Assembly (NCBI GenBank): GCA_964187785.1
Contig: OZ076409.1
Coordinates: 54,748,001-54,812,000, forward strand
Direction: 5' to 3'
Length of the DNA stretch: 64,000 nt
Source: Amphiscolops sp. MND2022
Lineage: Eukaryota
Translations under genes and position numbers: made by a program
Shown here: one piece after another, positions 13,192 to 25,066 of the stretch
Position numbering within the stretch: the stretch's first letter is position 1
Layout: every line of letters begins with the position of its first letter
Notes under the pieces: generated by a model
What the model was told of the DNA's origin: nothing
Seen by the model: the letters and a program-made list of their open reading frames with translations, nothing else
The model's database searches: none

Positions 13192-15126
13192 TTCGATGAA
13201 GAAAAGATTTTTGAATGATTTGAATTTCTTTTCAAAGTTTCAACGGAAATGAATTAGGATAGAGTTGAGACAAGCAAGTTTAAGCAACTGATTATCGCAA
13301 AAGGCAAAAGACTGAGTCCCTTAATCGTCAAATTTCACTGTATTTATACCCTCCCAGCATCATTTGATCACGGCTATAATCCCTAATTTTCCTCGAACAA
13401 TTAGTCATTTCCTGTATTTTCGATGAAAAAATCGCGAAGTTTCCAAATTTGCGTCAACATTTCGTCAATTTTTAAGACACGACAATTTTAAGCTAGCATT
13501 AGTCATCAAACATGATCATATCATTTCATCCCGGCGTCCTTTTGCTTCCTCCCAAGCAGGAAGTAGATATTACTTCAGTCTGTCAAACCGGAAATGTTTC
13601 CCTGTTTTACTGCTTTGGTTCGCGGGAAATTGACGCTGAGATGCCGCGGACGTGAACAACAAATACCTGATTTTGAATTCCAGCATGAACGAAAATATGA
13701 CTAACTCTCAAATTATGGTTACTTAAACGATGCTAGGAACAATACTTTTATGAATTTGGACTCTATCTTTTCGTTAGGGACGAAATTAAGATCACTGTAC
13801 CAAATATATTCATCATCAACAAACTTGACATGTCGCGACAAGTACGACAAGCTCTACAAAAGTAACAGCAACATTTGTTAAGTAGCAACGGCAACGCAAC
13901 GCATTTAATGAACAGCAACAATGAATTAATATGGTAAATATAATCACTATCATGAGCATAGCGTCCAATATCATAGAGTACAAAAATATGAAGTATATGA
14001 AAATACATTTCCAGTACAAAATATACTTTTGTTGAAAGTATAAACTGTGACTTTCTGATTAATTTACTATGAACTCCCATAGTGGAAAAATGGCTCATGT
14101 AAGGGAAATTCCATGTTGTTGAAAAAATGCAAGTCTATTAGTTAACGTGGATTTGAACTATCCTATATGTGTCAAATCTACTTTAAGTTGAAACCTTAAG
14201 TTAACAGAATACCGCCTCTTTATTTATTTTACGAACTGAAATAGCCTGCATTAGTTTTCTTTTAGCATAATAATAACCTTAGTGCGATGAAACCTTAACT
14301 GATCTTGTAAATTCATCTATTTTGTTCAATCTCATAAACTTGTCAACGTCATGTTGACGAGTTTTCTTGGCAGAAATTAAGCTTCATAAACTTGTCAACG
14401 TCATGTTGACGAGTATTTTAGAAATGAGTCTGTCGCTAGCTGCCGGAGCAGTGACGTCACAGTGGCGGTAAATTGGAATGATTTCTAGCAATGCTATTAG
14501 TATAGGCGGATAATTGGAATGATTTTATGGTACGCTTATGCGAGACAGTGACGTCAATTGGTATACCTTCAACTTGTCTGCGTCTTACTGACGACAAATA
14601 TACATGTTTTCTTATTTCTTTCGCCGCTTTGTTTACTCAGCGCAGTATTGACGTCTTAAACCACTTTAATTGCTGTTCAAAGAGTAATTAAGCTGCCTTT
14701 CTAAGAAAAGGCTTAGATCATTCGGTGTGCCATCCCAGTGTGTTTTATATTTTAGATCTGATTGATGTTCTTTTGGGAGATGATTTTGACTACGTTTTCC
14801 TTTAGATTAGACTATGATTTCCTTGTTTTTAGAACGTATTTTAACTTAGTTTTCAGGTGGCGAATGTTGCTATTTTGACGTGGCGAGTACGTCTTACCGG
14901 AAATGCGTGAAATCATTTTGGCTCATTTCATTCTCTGTTTTCATTTTCATTCAAAGTTTGCGCAACGTAGATGTATTTTTACATTTCTAGTCACAATTTA
15001 TTTCAAAGTTAAAGTTTTAGAGTTACCAGTTAAAATAAGATTTTGGGAATCTCAGATTGCCTCCATGTCCTCTCCCGATCTTCAATCGTCGGCAACCACA
15101 AGCCAGACCGGGAGCGGGCTGTGACA
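12795..15126 (-). repeat. 5' LTR of element A (2332 bp)
   Basis: TGTCAC...GTAACA termini, adjacent PBS, and a TATAAATA candidate at 13348-13341. Confidence 0.92.
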
Positions 15127-15520
15127 AAAGGGTCTCCCCATTTCATTTACTCCATTTTTAACGTATGATACAAAACAGAATGAGAATATAGGGTCCCCCT
15201 ATGATTTTTTTGGCACTGTGCGACTTTTTTGAATTTTTTGTCCATAAAGGTCCCCTTTTCAAGCTCTTTGATATTTTGTTTCAAACAGCCTGAAGTTTCT
15301 CCCCTTTGAAGTTTTCCGGCGCTATGAGGCTGTTTCAAAATTCCTACTTATTTGTTTTTTTTCGAAAATTTTTTTATGTCCTCAAAGGGTCCCCCTTTAA
15401 TGGTTTGAATATTTTGCAACAAACAGGATTTTCAAAAAAAACCCAAATGTTCCCCCCTTTTACATGCTCTTTTTGTTACCTAGATATAGCGCCGACTTTA
15501 GATGTTCCCGCCTTGCTGCT
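15127..15520 (+). repeat. Dispersed non-coding repeat family (AAAGGGTCCCCC / GGCACTGTGCGAC subrepeats)
   Basis: Shares subrepeats and the terminal 'tagatatagcgccgactttaga.gttc.cg.cttg' with 36715-37060 (minus) and 61836-62287. Confidence 0.7.
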
Positions 15521-16565
15521 GATATGAATTATATAAAACGGCAAGCAATGAAAGGTCGCTTAACGCGCTAACAGAGGTGGAGAAACCTGCAAAGTGGTTG
15601 CATCGACCATTACAGGAGACCATCACCAAAAGTCCATTTTGACTCAGGGCGAAAGTCCAGGGTGAAAAATGTACTGAGGCCTTGACTGCTTCGACGAATA
15701 CTTACATACCAGTCCTAGTTTTTGATTGCTAATAGTAGCGGGCATCTTCCTGACTACGTTCAACTAATAAAAACAATGCCAAGAATAAGGTAAATTTCCA
15801 TTTCCAGGGTGACACGGGAACAACGAATGGACTCACAAAAAAGCCCTAGTGTTAAAAAATGCAGCGAATAACAGTGAAAAAACATCAAAGCACGCATCAA
15901 ACTACAAGCTGGGGTTCCCAGTAAACAACAAGAATCTTTAAGTGAAAAGAGTCATTTTGTCGGTTTTCACCACTTGAGGTTGCTCAATGCCAAAACTCAA
16001 TGCAAACTGGGAGTAATCAACTGAAAATGAGTCTTTTTAGCTCTCTACGAGCTCTCAAGCTATCTCAATCTCGGTGTTCTCGCTATTTCTGCTCTCGTTC
16101 ACGTTTTGCACTCAATGGCGGAACAGTGAACAGAGAAATAATCACATGCCACGTCAAACATAGATATAGAAAGTTTCACAATATTTCTGAATATGGTTCA
16201 ATTCCAAAATTGACTGAATATGTACACCAGAGGGCGCCGTTACGATATATTACAGAAAATTCGGAACATACAAAAATAAACGACACGAAACTTTAGCAGT
16301 TTTTTATCGAGAGCGTTCGTCTTTATAATCGATGTTTCGATGATTTTAGCAGAGTAGCAGGGTGTTTCAAACATTATTATCGAATATATATTTTGTTCTT
16401 CGGTAGCAAAAATACGCATGACATCTTCAGGAACACGAATTCATTGACCGTCACGATTACTGAGAGCAAGCAGCGGACGGACCAAGTCGGCGCCTCTTCA
16501 AGGCTTAGTAAGAACAAAGTGTTTTGAAAATGCAAAGGATCAAACATTGTGGAAAAATTCCTACA

Positions 16566-18503
16566 TGTCGCAGGCTGCCGCCTGTGATGGTACAAGGATC
16601 ACTACTACCGCAGAAGGACAAGAAATAGCGGCCGGAACTCTACCAATATATTAGAGGTAAACATTAAAAACACAAACTTTGCTATTATTTTTTAGTCTAC
16701 AAGTTGTACCTGTTATCGTTGCGAATTTTACACTTAGTATATAGTTTGTTGATATTAGTCCGTTAATGCCAACATTTGAAAATTCAGATGCTGTATTGAT
16801 AATTGTAAGAGCTAGAAGTGCAGTACGAACACGCTGTTATAGCAATAGATAGGCAGCTAGAAAGCGTAAAGGAAACGAGTTCAAGTGAACGTAACTCCAG
16901 TTCCGGAGACGTCACTTGAGCTCAACCTGTTAGCCAATCATATTCATCCATTTGAGTAATAGTAGTGCTGTATTTAATTAATGGCCGGTTTAGGCCATAT
17001 GCCGGAATTTCACCTTTATCTATTGGCGCTTTAGTCAAACGGCCGGTTCCGGCCTTAATGTTCAGATGAAAGAATGTTAATGCGAGCACTGTTGTGTTTC
17101 GTTTAATAGTAGTCTAATCACGTTGCTGTACTAATTAAACGTTCATCTTAGCTAATTGGCGCTTTATTTTATCCATTCCAATATTAGGCCGAATAAGGCC
17201 ATTTGCCTGACTTCTATCCTCCGTTGCTGTGACCAATTGGACAGTGGCCGGTTGAGGCCCCTTTTCAATACTATTATTCAGATGCTAATTACAATCATTT
17301 AGTGTACTTTATATGTCATGTATAATTACAAGTACGTCGTAAAGACTCATGTAACTCTTGAAATTAATTGGTGTAATCAATACCAATGTATGATGTTGCT
17401 ACCAATATTAGTCCAAAGGACATGTCTGGCCATATTTACTAGTTGACACGTGGAATCTGTGTGCATATTATATAAAGGAAAATATGTGCTGTTACATGTA
17501 ACATTGCTGTATACAAGTTGATCTAGCCTGCTAACGGGGCACGTGCCGACACGAGATTGTCAGCATTCCTGAAATATTAGCGGCGTAAACATTTTAATCG
17601 ATGCTATTTGATGTACCGTGTGCCTTTTGAATACTTGTTATAGTTGTCAAAACAGGAATTTGATCGGCCGCGTGACCTTACGATCACGATTCGGCGGCAC
17701 TTTGATGCTTGCATAGTCGAGTTAAGTCAGGTGCTTTCGGAATGTGTTTGTAACATTTTTTGGCTGTTTGCATCATGTTTATCCCGCCCAAGGAAGTATA
17801 TATAGGGGCAACTTCCTTTGGGTGGACACAATTTTGTTTTGCTCCTGATATTCAGTTGATAACACTTTCTCGTTAACAACCATCAATCCTGTTTTCCGGT
17901 TTTAATAATTTAACTATTCAACCCGGTTTAGTCTTAATGCCTACTACTAGAAAACAAAAGAAGGCAAGGAAATCTAGAGGATTAGAGATTCTCTCTGATA
18001 TTGAAAACCTTGACATAATGTTAGGTGAAAATCACTTCAAGGACATGAGGAGAGACGGAAGCCTCGATGGAACTTCCATTAAAGGCAGGAAAGTGTTACA
18101 AGCAATAACTTAGAAAATGAGGAAATGAATCTCCATTCTGATCACAGGAATCCCGAAACTGGGACTAGTGCCGGTTACGACCGAACCACAGCGAGTATAG
18201 ATTCTCAAGCTGAGATCAATAAGTTATCGTGTCAACTAAACTCTAGAATATCTAGGGAGATGGATGAGATGATGAACAGCGTTAGTTCTCAAATCCAGAG
18301 AGCCATAAGTGATGCCATCAATAACCAAGTTTTGCCACAAATTCAAAACGTTATTATGGCCGGTTCAGGACAAGAGACTAGAAGGGGATGGGAGAGATCC
18401 GACGAGAGACCGGAAAGTTATTCCGAAGTTCAGTATAACGCGAAAACTAGAACTACCTTCAATAATGAACACGGTGATAGAATACAGCGTAATGTTCATG
18501 ACA
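16566..18503 (+). repeat. 5' LTR of element B (1938 bp)
   Basis: TGTCGC...ATGACA termini; matches 30975-32911; TATA candidate at 17797-17804. Confidence 0.96.
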
Positions 18504-18515
18504 TGGTGACAGGAG
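18504..18515 (+). other. Primer-binding site TGGTGACAGGAG
   Basis: Directly follows the LTR-terminal CA and is translated within gag as (M)VTG. Confidence 0.88.
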
Positions 18516-19622
18516 ACAACGAATCTCCAAATCAAGTTCCTGAGTTTCTCACAGCACGAATCTCATCCAGAAATCATCTCGACAGGTCCTTCGAGGACAT
18601 CAACCTCGACACGACGATCCCAGCATAAGAGAGAATCGCTACGGCTGCTGACTCCGACCCCATTACCCGACTGGCAGACGTCTTGACTACAATGCAAAAT
18701 AGACCGACAGCCCAACAACTCACCATACGCCCAGTCAACTCAAATACCATGACATTCGACGGCAAAAGTGAGAAATTCGAGCTGTTCGAAGACCTATTTC
18801 ACACTATGATCAAGATGCAGCCAGAAATGACTGAGCAAATGAAGATCAATCACTTCCACTCTTTATTGAGGAAGAATGCTCTCCAGACGTTCAGAAATAT
18901 CAGCTCAAGCAACCGACAAACTCTAGAGGACGTATTAGTCATCTTTAGACGGAAATACGTCAAGCCCGAGTCACAGGCGACTGCCAAACATAAATGGCAC
19001 CGTCTAGTCTTTGATCCCAATACGATGAAACTGCCTGATTTTCTCGAAGAATTGAACCAGGGAGCCAAGAAGGCGTTTGGCGATCATGCACAGAAAATGA
19101 TTGACAGCTTGCTCTACGCAAAGCTGCCACCTAAGTTGAAACGATCTGTCAACATGGCCAGATTAGAAAATGGCTCATATGATGAAATTGTTGCTCATTT
19201 TTGGAGAGAGAGTTGGAACTCAATGCCCTTGTGGAATCAGATGACCTACCAATGGCCACAATGACCTCCTCATCTACAAAACCTAAAACTCCTCTGTCCA
19301 CAGGGCAACTGTCCGATATCACTTGCAATTATTGCAAGGAAAAGGGCCACATGGTCAAGGACTGCGAAAAACTGAAAAAGAAAAAAGAAAAAGATGCCCA
19401 ACAAGGCAAGTCGACACAGAAGAAAACATATCCGGAGTGTGGCACTTGTGGGAAAAAGAACCACCCGGAGGAGAGATGTTGGCAAGGTGCTGGTGCACAT
19501 CTTAAACCCAAACGCACTAGACCTGATGACTCAACTGAAAAAAAGCCCAATCCAAAGGCTCAGAAACCTCAGACCAAACCGACATCATCGAGTTCCCAAT
19601 CCTCATATCCTAATGATGAGTC

Positions 19623-19632
19623 AAAAAACTAA
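19623..19632 (+). other. Putative -1 ribosomal frameshift site A AAA AAC followed by the gag stop
   Basis: Canonical X XXY YYZ heptamer at the gag/pol junction. The same AAAAAAC-TAG occurs in element C (~51098-51107, minus). Confidence 0.75.
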
Positions 19633-22600
19633 CTTCGCCACGACTCCAATATAACGAATTAATATCTGTCCGACAATACATCAGATCGGACCCTCCAACG
19701 ATACAATCCTTCCACCAATACAATCAGCAATTGATGGGCTATCCCTCTGTTGTCTGGCAGCAGCAGATGGAAAAAGCTACCATCATCACCTACAATAACA
19801 CCCATTTATTCCAGAAACCAATTCCTGTTTGGGACCCTGATTACACCACTACCTTCACCACCCGCTTCAGGCACATTCCCCTAATCGATGATTACAACCC
19901 AACATACATCGATCCAGACTACGGCAGAGATCCCTATTGGGACACCGAGCTTTACAACCAAGATTCACTGCAATTTCAATATGTCCTGGACGATTTTGAC
20001 TATTATAACAGAACAGTCCACGAGAACCCCCCAATTACCCATAACAAGAAAACACGAGCACTAATCGAAAACTGGCAAATGAATGATGGTACAAACCACC
20101 CAGTGTTCCCAAACCCATTGGGGACCGAGAACCCTGAAAACAGTGTTGAATCCACGCCACAATCATTATTAGATGAAAAACAATTCCAAAATGTACTCAT
20201 CACCAGAGATGGTGAACCAGACTGTATACCCCTGTCAACCAACATCAACCTCAAATGCAAGAAACGCATGCTTTAATTCCCAATGGACTTTGGGGAATTG
20301 ACCATTGATGGATTAATAGACACTGGAGCACTGTCCAGTGCAATCCCTGAAATGGACTTCCGGAAAATCCGCCTTCTATCTCCACAATCTGTTATCCGAG
20401 AAGGTCCGCCTCCGAACTTCCAAATCATGGTCGCTAATGGGCAACTGGAAACTCCTAAGAGTACCATCGAGCTCAAATTCGAAGTTGGTGACATTGAGTT
20501 CCATGAAATCTTTATAGTAATGGAACATTTGACAGGACCAATCATTGGACTAATGTTCCTTCAGAGAAATCATACAGTGCTGGACATGAGACAAGGGATA
20601 CTGAATTTCCCGTTCTTTTCAATGCAGCTCAAAACGGCTGACCATAAGTATTCAAATGTATTAGAACCAATTCTCAACCCTATTGAGATAACAATTCCAC
20701 CAAATGATAAAGTCCTAATTAGGACCAATTCCCTACTCTACCCCGAGAATGCTGTCACTGGAATTTTGCAACCGGGCGACCTTCTACACGAAGAAGGCGA
20801 CATCACATTTTGCCCAGCTTTAGTAACTCTGAATGACGGCAATATATTAATACCAGTGAACAATTTCACAGACCACCCTTATAAACTCAAAAAGGGACTT
20901 CATATTGCCAATTTCTCTGTCATGACACCAGAACAGATGAAGTATGTCAAATTGGTAGATCCGGCATCAACCTGGCACCTGTTGCAGAATGACCAGGAGC
21001 AAGCAGCCCATTACGTCAGCAGTCTCATCAAGACCAATAGAAACCCGCAAAACTCTGAAAATTATTGGATCCCAACTCCAGAAAATCCTGGAAATCCTGA
21101 GGAACACACACCTATACAAAAACGAATCCTACGCGAGTTACAGGCCCTACAGGACCTGGAGACACTCGATCCCACTACAAATGCAGAATCGCGTGCAAAA
21201 TTCTTAGAAAACTTTGACTGGAAAGATTCCACCCTTACTCCTGAAGAGAAGGAGAAAATTGAGGAATTGTTAGTGGAATTCCATGACATCTTTGCACGAC
21301 ACCGATTTGATATAGGCATGAATGAAGAATTCAAGGTGAAACTGACGCCTAAAGACGATTCCCCAGCCTATAGTCAAAGCCTTCCAGCTCCTATCAACTT
21401 GAAGGAGGACATCCTAGTTGAATTAGCCATGTTACATAAATATGGCATAATAACCACACTGCCATTCTCGAAATATGCAAGTCCAATATTCGCACAGAAG
21501 AAACCGAACGGGAAACTCCGACTCTTGGTTGACTTGAGAAAAATCAACAACCTCATCTCAGATGATTATATCAACAACAATCATCTCGTCAGTACACTAG
21601 TTGATGCAGCCCAACACTTGGCAGGCAAAAAACTGTTCTGTAAATTAGACTGTTCGCAGGCATACCACTGCCTACCAATGGCCGACCAACGATCAATCGA
21701 AATGTTGGCTTTCAATTTTGCCAGTCGCACATTCGCTTACCGACGCTTGGCACAAGGCCTTAGTCGGTCACTATCCGCATTCTCGAGTTTCATGAGGGAA
21801 TACCTCGACAAAGTCATTAAAGCGGATCAGTGTGCCCAGTATGTGGACGATATCGGCATCGCAGCCAATGATGTCGACCACCTCATGACGAACCTGAGAG
21901 CCACGTTCAAATGCATTCAGGAAGCAGGCCTTAAGTTGACAATGCACAAATGTCACTTCGGTGCAAAAGAAATTGTTTTCTCGGACGGACTATTACCCCA
22001 CAAGGCGTCAAACCTCAGAAACAGAACGTGCAAAACTTTCTGGAAAAGACCAAATTCCCGAAGTCGAAAAAGGCTTTACAGCGCTATTTGGGATTCCTAA
22101 ACTATTACAGGAATTATGTCCCAAGACTCTCCGAACGCCTTGCTCCATTCTACAAGATGCTCAAAAGTGACGAAAAGGTCCTAGTATCGAAAGAATTAGT
22201 CCAACAATTCGAAGAAATCAATAGAGCACTAGACAAATGTTGCGACCTGGCCCTACAACAACCCATTCCGAACAAACAAATAGCACTAATGACTGATGCA
22301 AGTTTTGGTGCAGCCGGGTACGCGGTCCTAATTGAAGACGACCCAAGTCAGAAATTTACATCACTCAGAAAATCGTATGCACCGGTCGCATATGGATCAA
22401 AAATTTTCACCCCAGCACAGATCAAGATGTCAATTTATGCCAAGGAATTCCTTGCAATTTATTTTGCATTCAAAGAATTCGGACATATCTTCTGGGGTGC
22501 GCCGAAACCGGTCATCATCCTTACGGACAACAAAGCCGTCACGAGATTTTTCCAAACGAAAATAATACCCCAGCCCTGTGGAACGCGTGTGATTATTTCA

Positions 22601-24836
22601 TTCAGTTCAATTTTGTCATAGCACACATCCCAGGGGCACAAAATACAGCCGCCGACTATTTGTCCCGATTGGAAGCAGATCCAAAGGACAAATTGGTGAT
22701 GAAAATTCGTGAAGATGTACAAACACTACCAATCGAAATCAACGTCCAATCCGCAGGTGTGACGCAAGAAGAACAAATCTTCTACACCAATGACGACGAC
22801 GAGACAGAGGAACAGTATTGGGCAAGAAAAGAAGCAATTAGGAAAAATCCAACAACTGATGAGCCCACTGTTACTATACAAACTCTATCAACAACTCTGG
22901 TCAAGCAACACCCCGATATACAAGTCCGATTGAGGAGAACGAACCAGATCATTATCGAGCAATCCAAGGATGCGGTACTACAACAATTGAAAGCAAAACT
23001 GCTTCATGAAGAGTATTCAGAAAATCTACTACACCAGGATGCCCGATATAGACATTACGCAAACAATCTGGAACGAATTGTACTAAAGGACGAAATCCTG
23101 ACAAGGCAATATTTCGATGAAACAGGGAATGTTAAATACCATCAAATTCTACTCCCGCAACATTTACTCCAGGAATTGCTCCAATCCCTTCACGGGACAG
23201 CGCATAAACATCCTGGGACTTCAAAAATGCTGCAGGAAATTCGACAGAGGTATTACTACCCTAACATGGCTAAACACGTCAAAAAGTGGGTAGAAGGGTG
23301 CGAACAATGTGCCAGAGACAAAAGAGTCCCTAACGCAACGATCACACCTGAGCTGCTCAACTTGCCCGAATGGGACCTCGGACCTGAAGACGCCATGCAA
23401 ATAGACCTATTGCCGAATCTTCCCCCAAGTGATGGGTATGAAAACGTCTTAACAGCAATTGATGTATTCTCCCGATATTTGTTCGCCTATCCCCTTACGG
23501 ACACATCAGCGATCAATGTAGCAAAAGCGCTCATTGACATCATGACTAAACACTCATATCTACCAACGACTCTTATCACTGATAAAGGTACTGCATTTAC
23601 TTCTACAATTATTGGGGAGGTTACGCAGATTTTGGGCATCACACTCAAATGTGCAACGACAAAACACCCGCAGACAATTGGGAAATTGGAGCGAACCCAT
23701 GCCTCATTGAAAACAAATCTCAAAATGGCATGTGGGGAATATCGCCGACAGTGGCACAAATACTTGCCATTAGCAGTACTGAATCATAATACTAGTTATC
23801 ACGCCAGCATCGGTTGTGAACCGACGAGAGTATTCCATGGAAGAATTCCATTTAATATCTTGGATCACAAACTTGGAAATAATCCAAATGAGCAGATCAA
23901 CCCCACAACCGAATTTGCTGAAGAAATCCAAAACCGGACGAAAATCCTAATTGACAAAACGAAGCAGAACATTATGCAGTCGTATATCAAGTACAAAGAA
24001 TATTACGACCGCAAAGCAAAAGCTGCTCCATTGAAGGAGAATGATTACTGTTTCGTCTTACAGCCGAAAGCGGATCATCAGGGATCAAAAATTCCATTCC
24101 GCGATTACCGTTGGGTTGGACCATTTGTAGTCCAAAAAGTTTTGCCAAATGAAAACTATATAGTACGACGGATCAATACGAACAAAACTCAAATTTTGCA
24201 TCGCATTCGCCTTAAGAAGTTCGTCCCCAATCAACCGCTTGAAGATAATTTCCGAGAACAACGTCTGCAGCCAGACGAAGAAATTGTCATTCCGCAAGAT
24301 GACCTATACGTCATAGCGTGGGAAACAGATTTTGGCGAGCAGCTAGGTACACGAGACAACGAGCCTATTCCGACTAGCGTGCCGAATGGCGAACAACCGA
24401 ATGCGGCACAACCGAATACAAGTGACGCACACGAGAATGAAGTGGATTATGTAATCACGAGTGATGAATCAAATCTTGCCGATCGTGCGTCGCATAACCG
24501 GAATGAACGATTAATTGATGACGTCACTACAAGAAATGAAGCTAGTGAACAGTCTAGAAATGAAGAACCTGATTGGCCGAATCCGGCCATTTCCCCAAAA
24601 AGCCATGAAAAATCTTTGCCGGATACGGCAGACAGCCTACAAGACAAAGAAATTTTACCCGATGAAAATTTTAGAACTGAAATCGATGCACAAAATTCTC
24701 CGAAAAGGGGGATGATATTATCGTGCCCGAAATATCTGAAAACGATGCTAGAAATGAAAGTCTGAGCCTTAGAGGAGGGAAATATAACCTCAGACCTAAC
24801 CCTAACCCAAACTACTCAGAAGACTTCAGATACTAA
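19633..24836 (+). pseudogene. pol: pol of element B (PR-RT-RNaseH-IN), a few disruptions
   Basis: LIDTGA; QYVDDIG; MTDASF/LTDNK; LHGTAHKHPG..CEQC; QIDLL/TDKG/LERTH; C-terminus KYNLRPNPNPNYSEDFRY*. Confidence 0.95.
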
Positions 24837-25066
24837 GGATTGAATTTTCCCGGAAATGGGAGTTCTTTTCTTTTATCTTTGTTTTAAGCCCCTCTGAGAA
24901 TTTCTTTGAATAAATACTGGGGCATTTCAAAGGATCCCATACAAAAAGAGAATAAATATGGGATCAAGGCAACGAAGAAACAAAATCAAGAGCAAATGAG
25001 AAAACAAAACAATGAAAGAAATGAACAAAGTTTACAGTCTGAAAGTACATAAATACATATGTACAT

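Larger units (their letters stand above)
1..15126 (-). mobile_element. Ty3/Gypsy LTR retrotransposon, element A (3' end runs off the window)
   Basis: 1-1959 is a near-identical direct repeat of 13148-15126. On the minus strand the LTR begins TGTCAC at 15126 and ends GTAACA at 12795, followed by a PBS. Gag is followed by PR-RT-RH-IN (Gypsy order). Confidence 0.95.
17937..19632 (+). pseudogene. gag: gag of element B (starts in the LTR; two CCHC knuckles)
   Basis: Begins MPTTRKQKKARK at 17937. Contains CNYCKEKGHMVKDC and CGTCGKKNHPEERC. Frameshifts near 18080 and 19200 and a stop at 18626. Confidence 0.9.
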
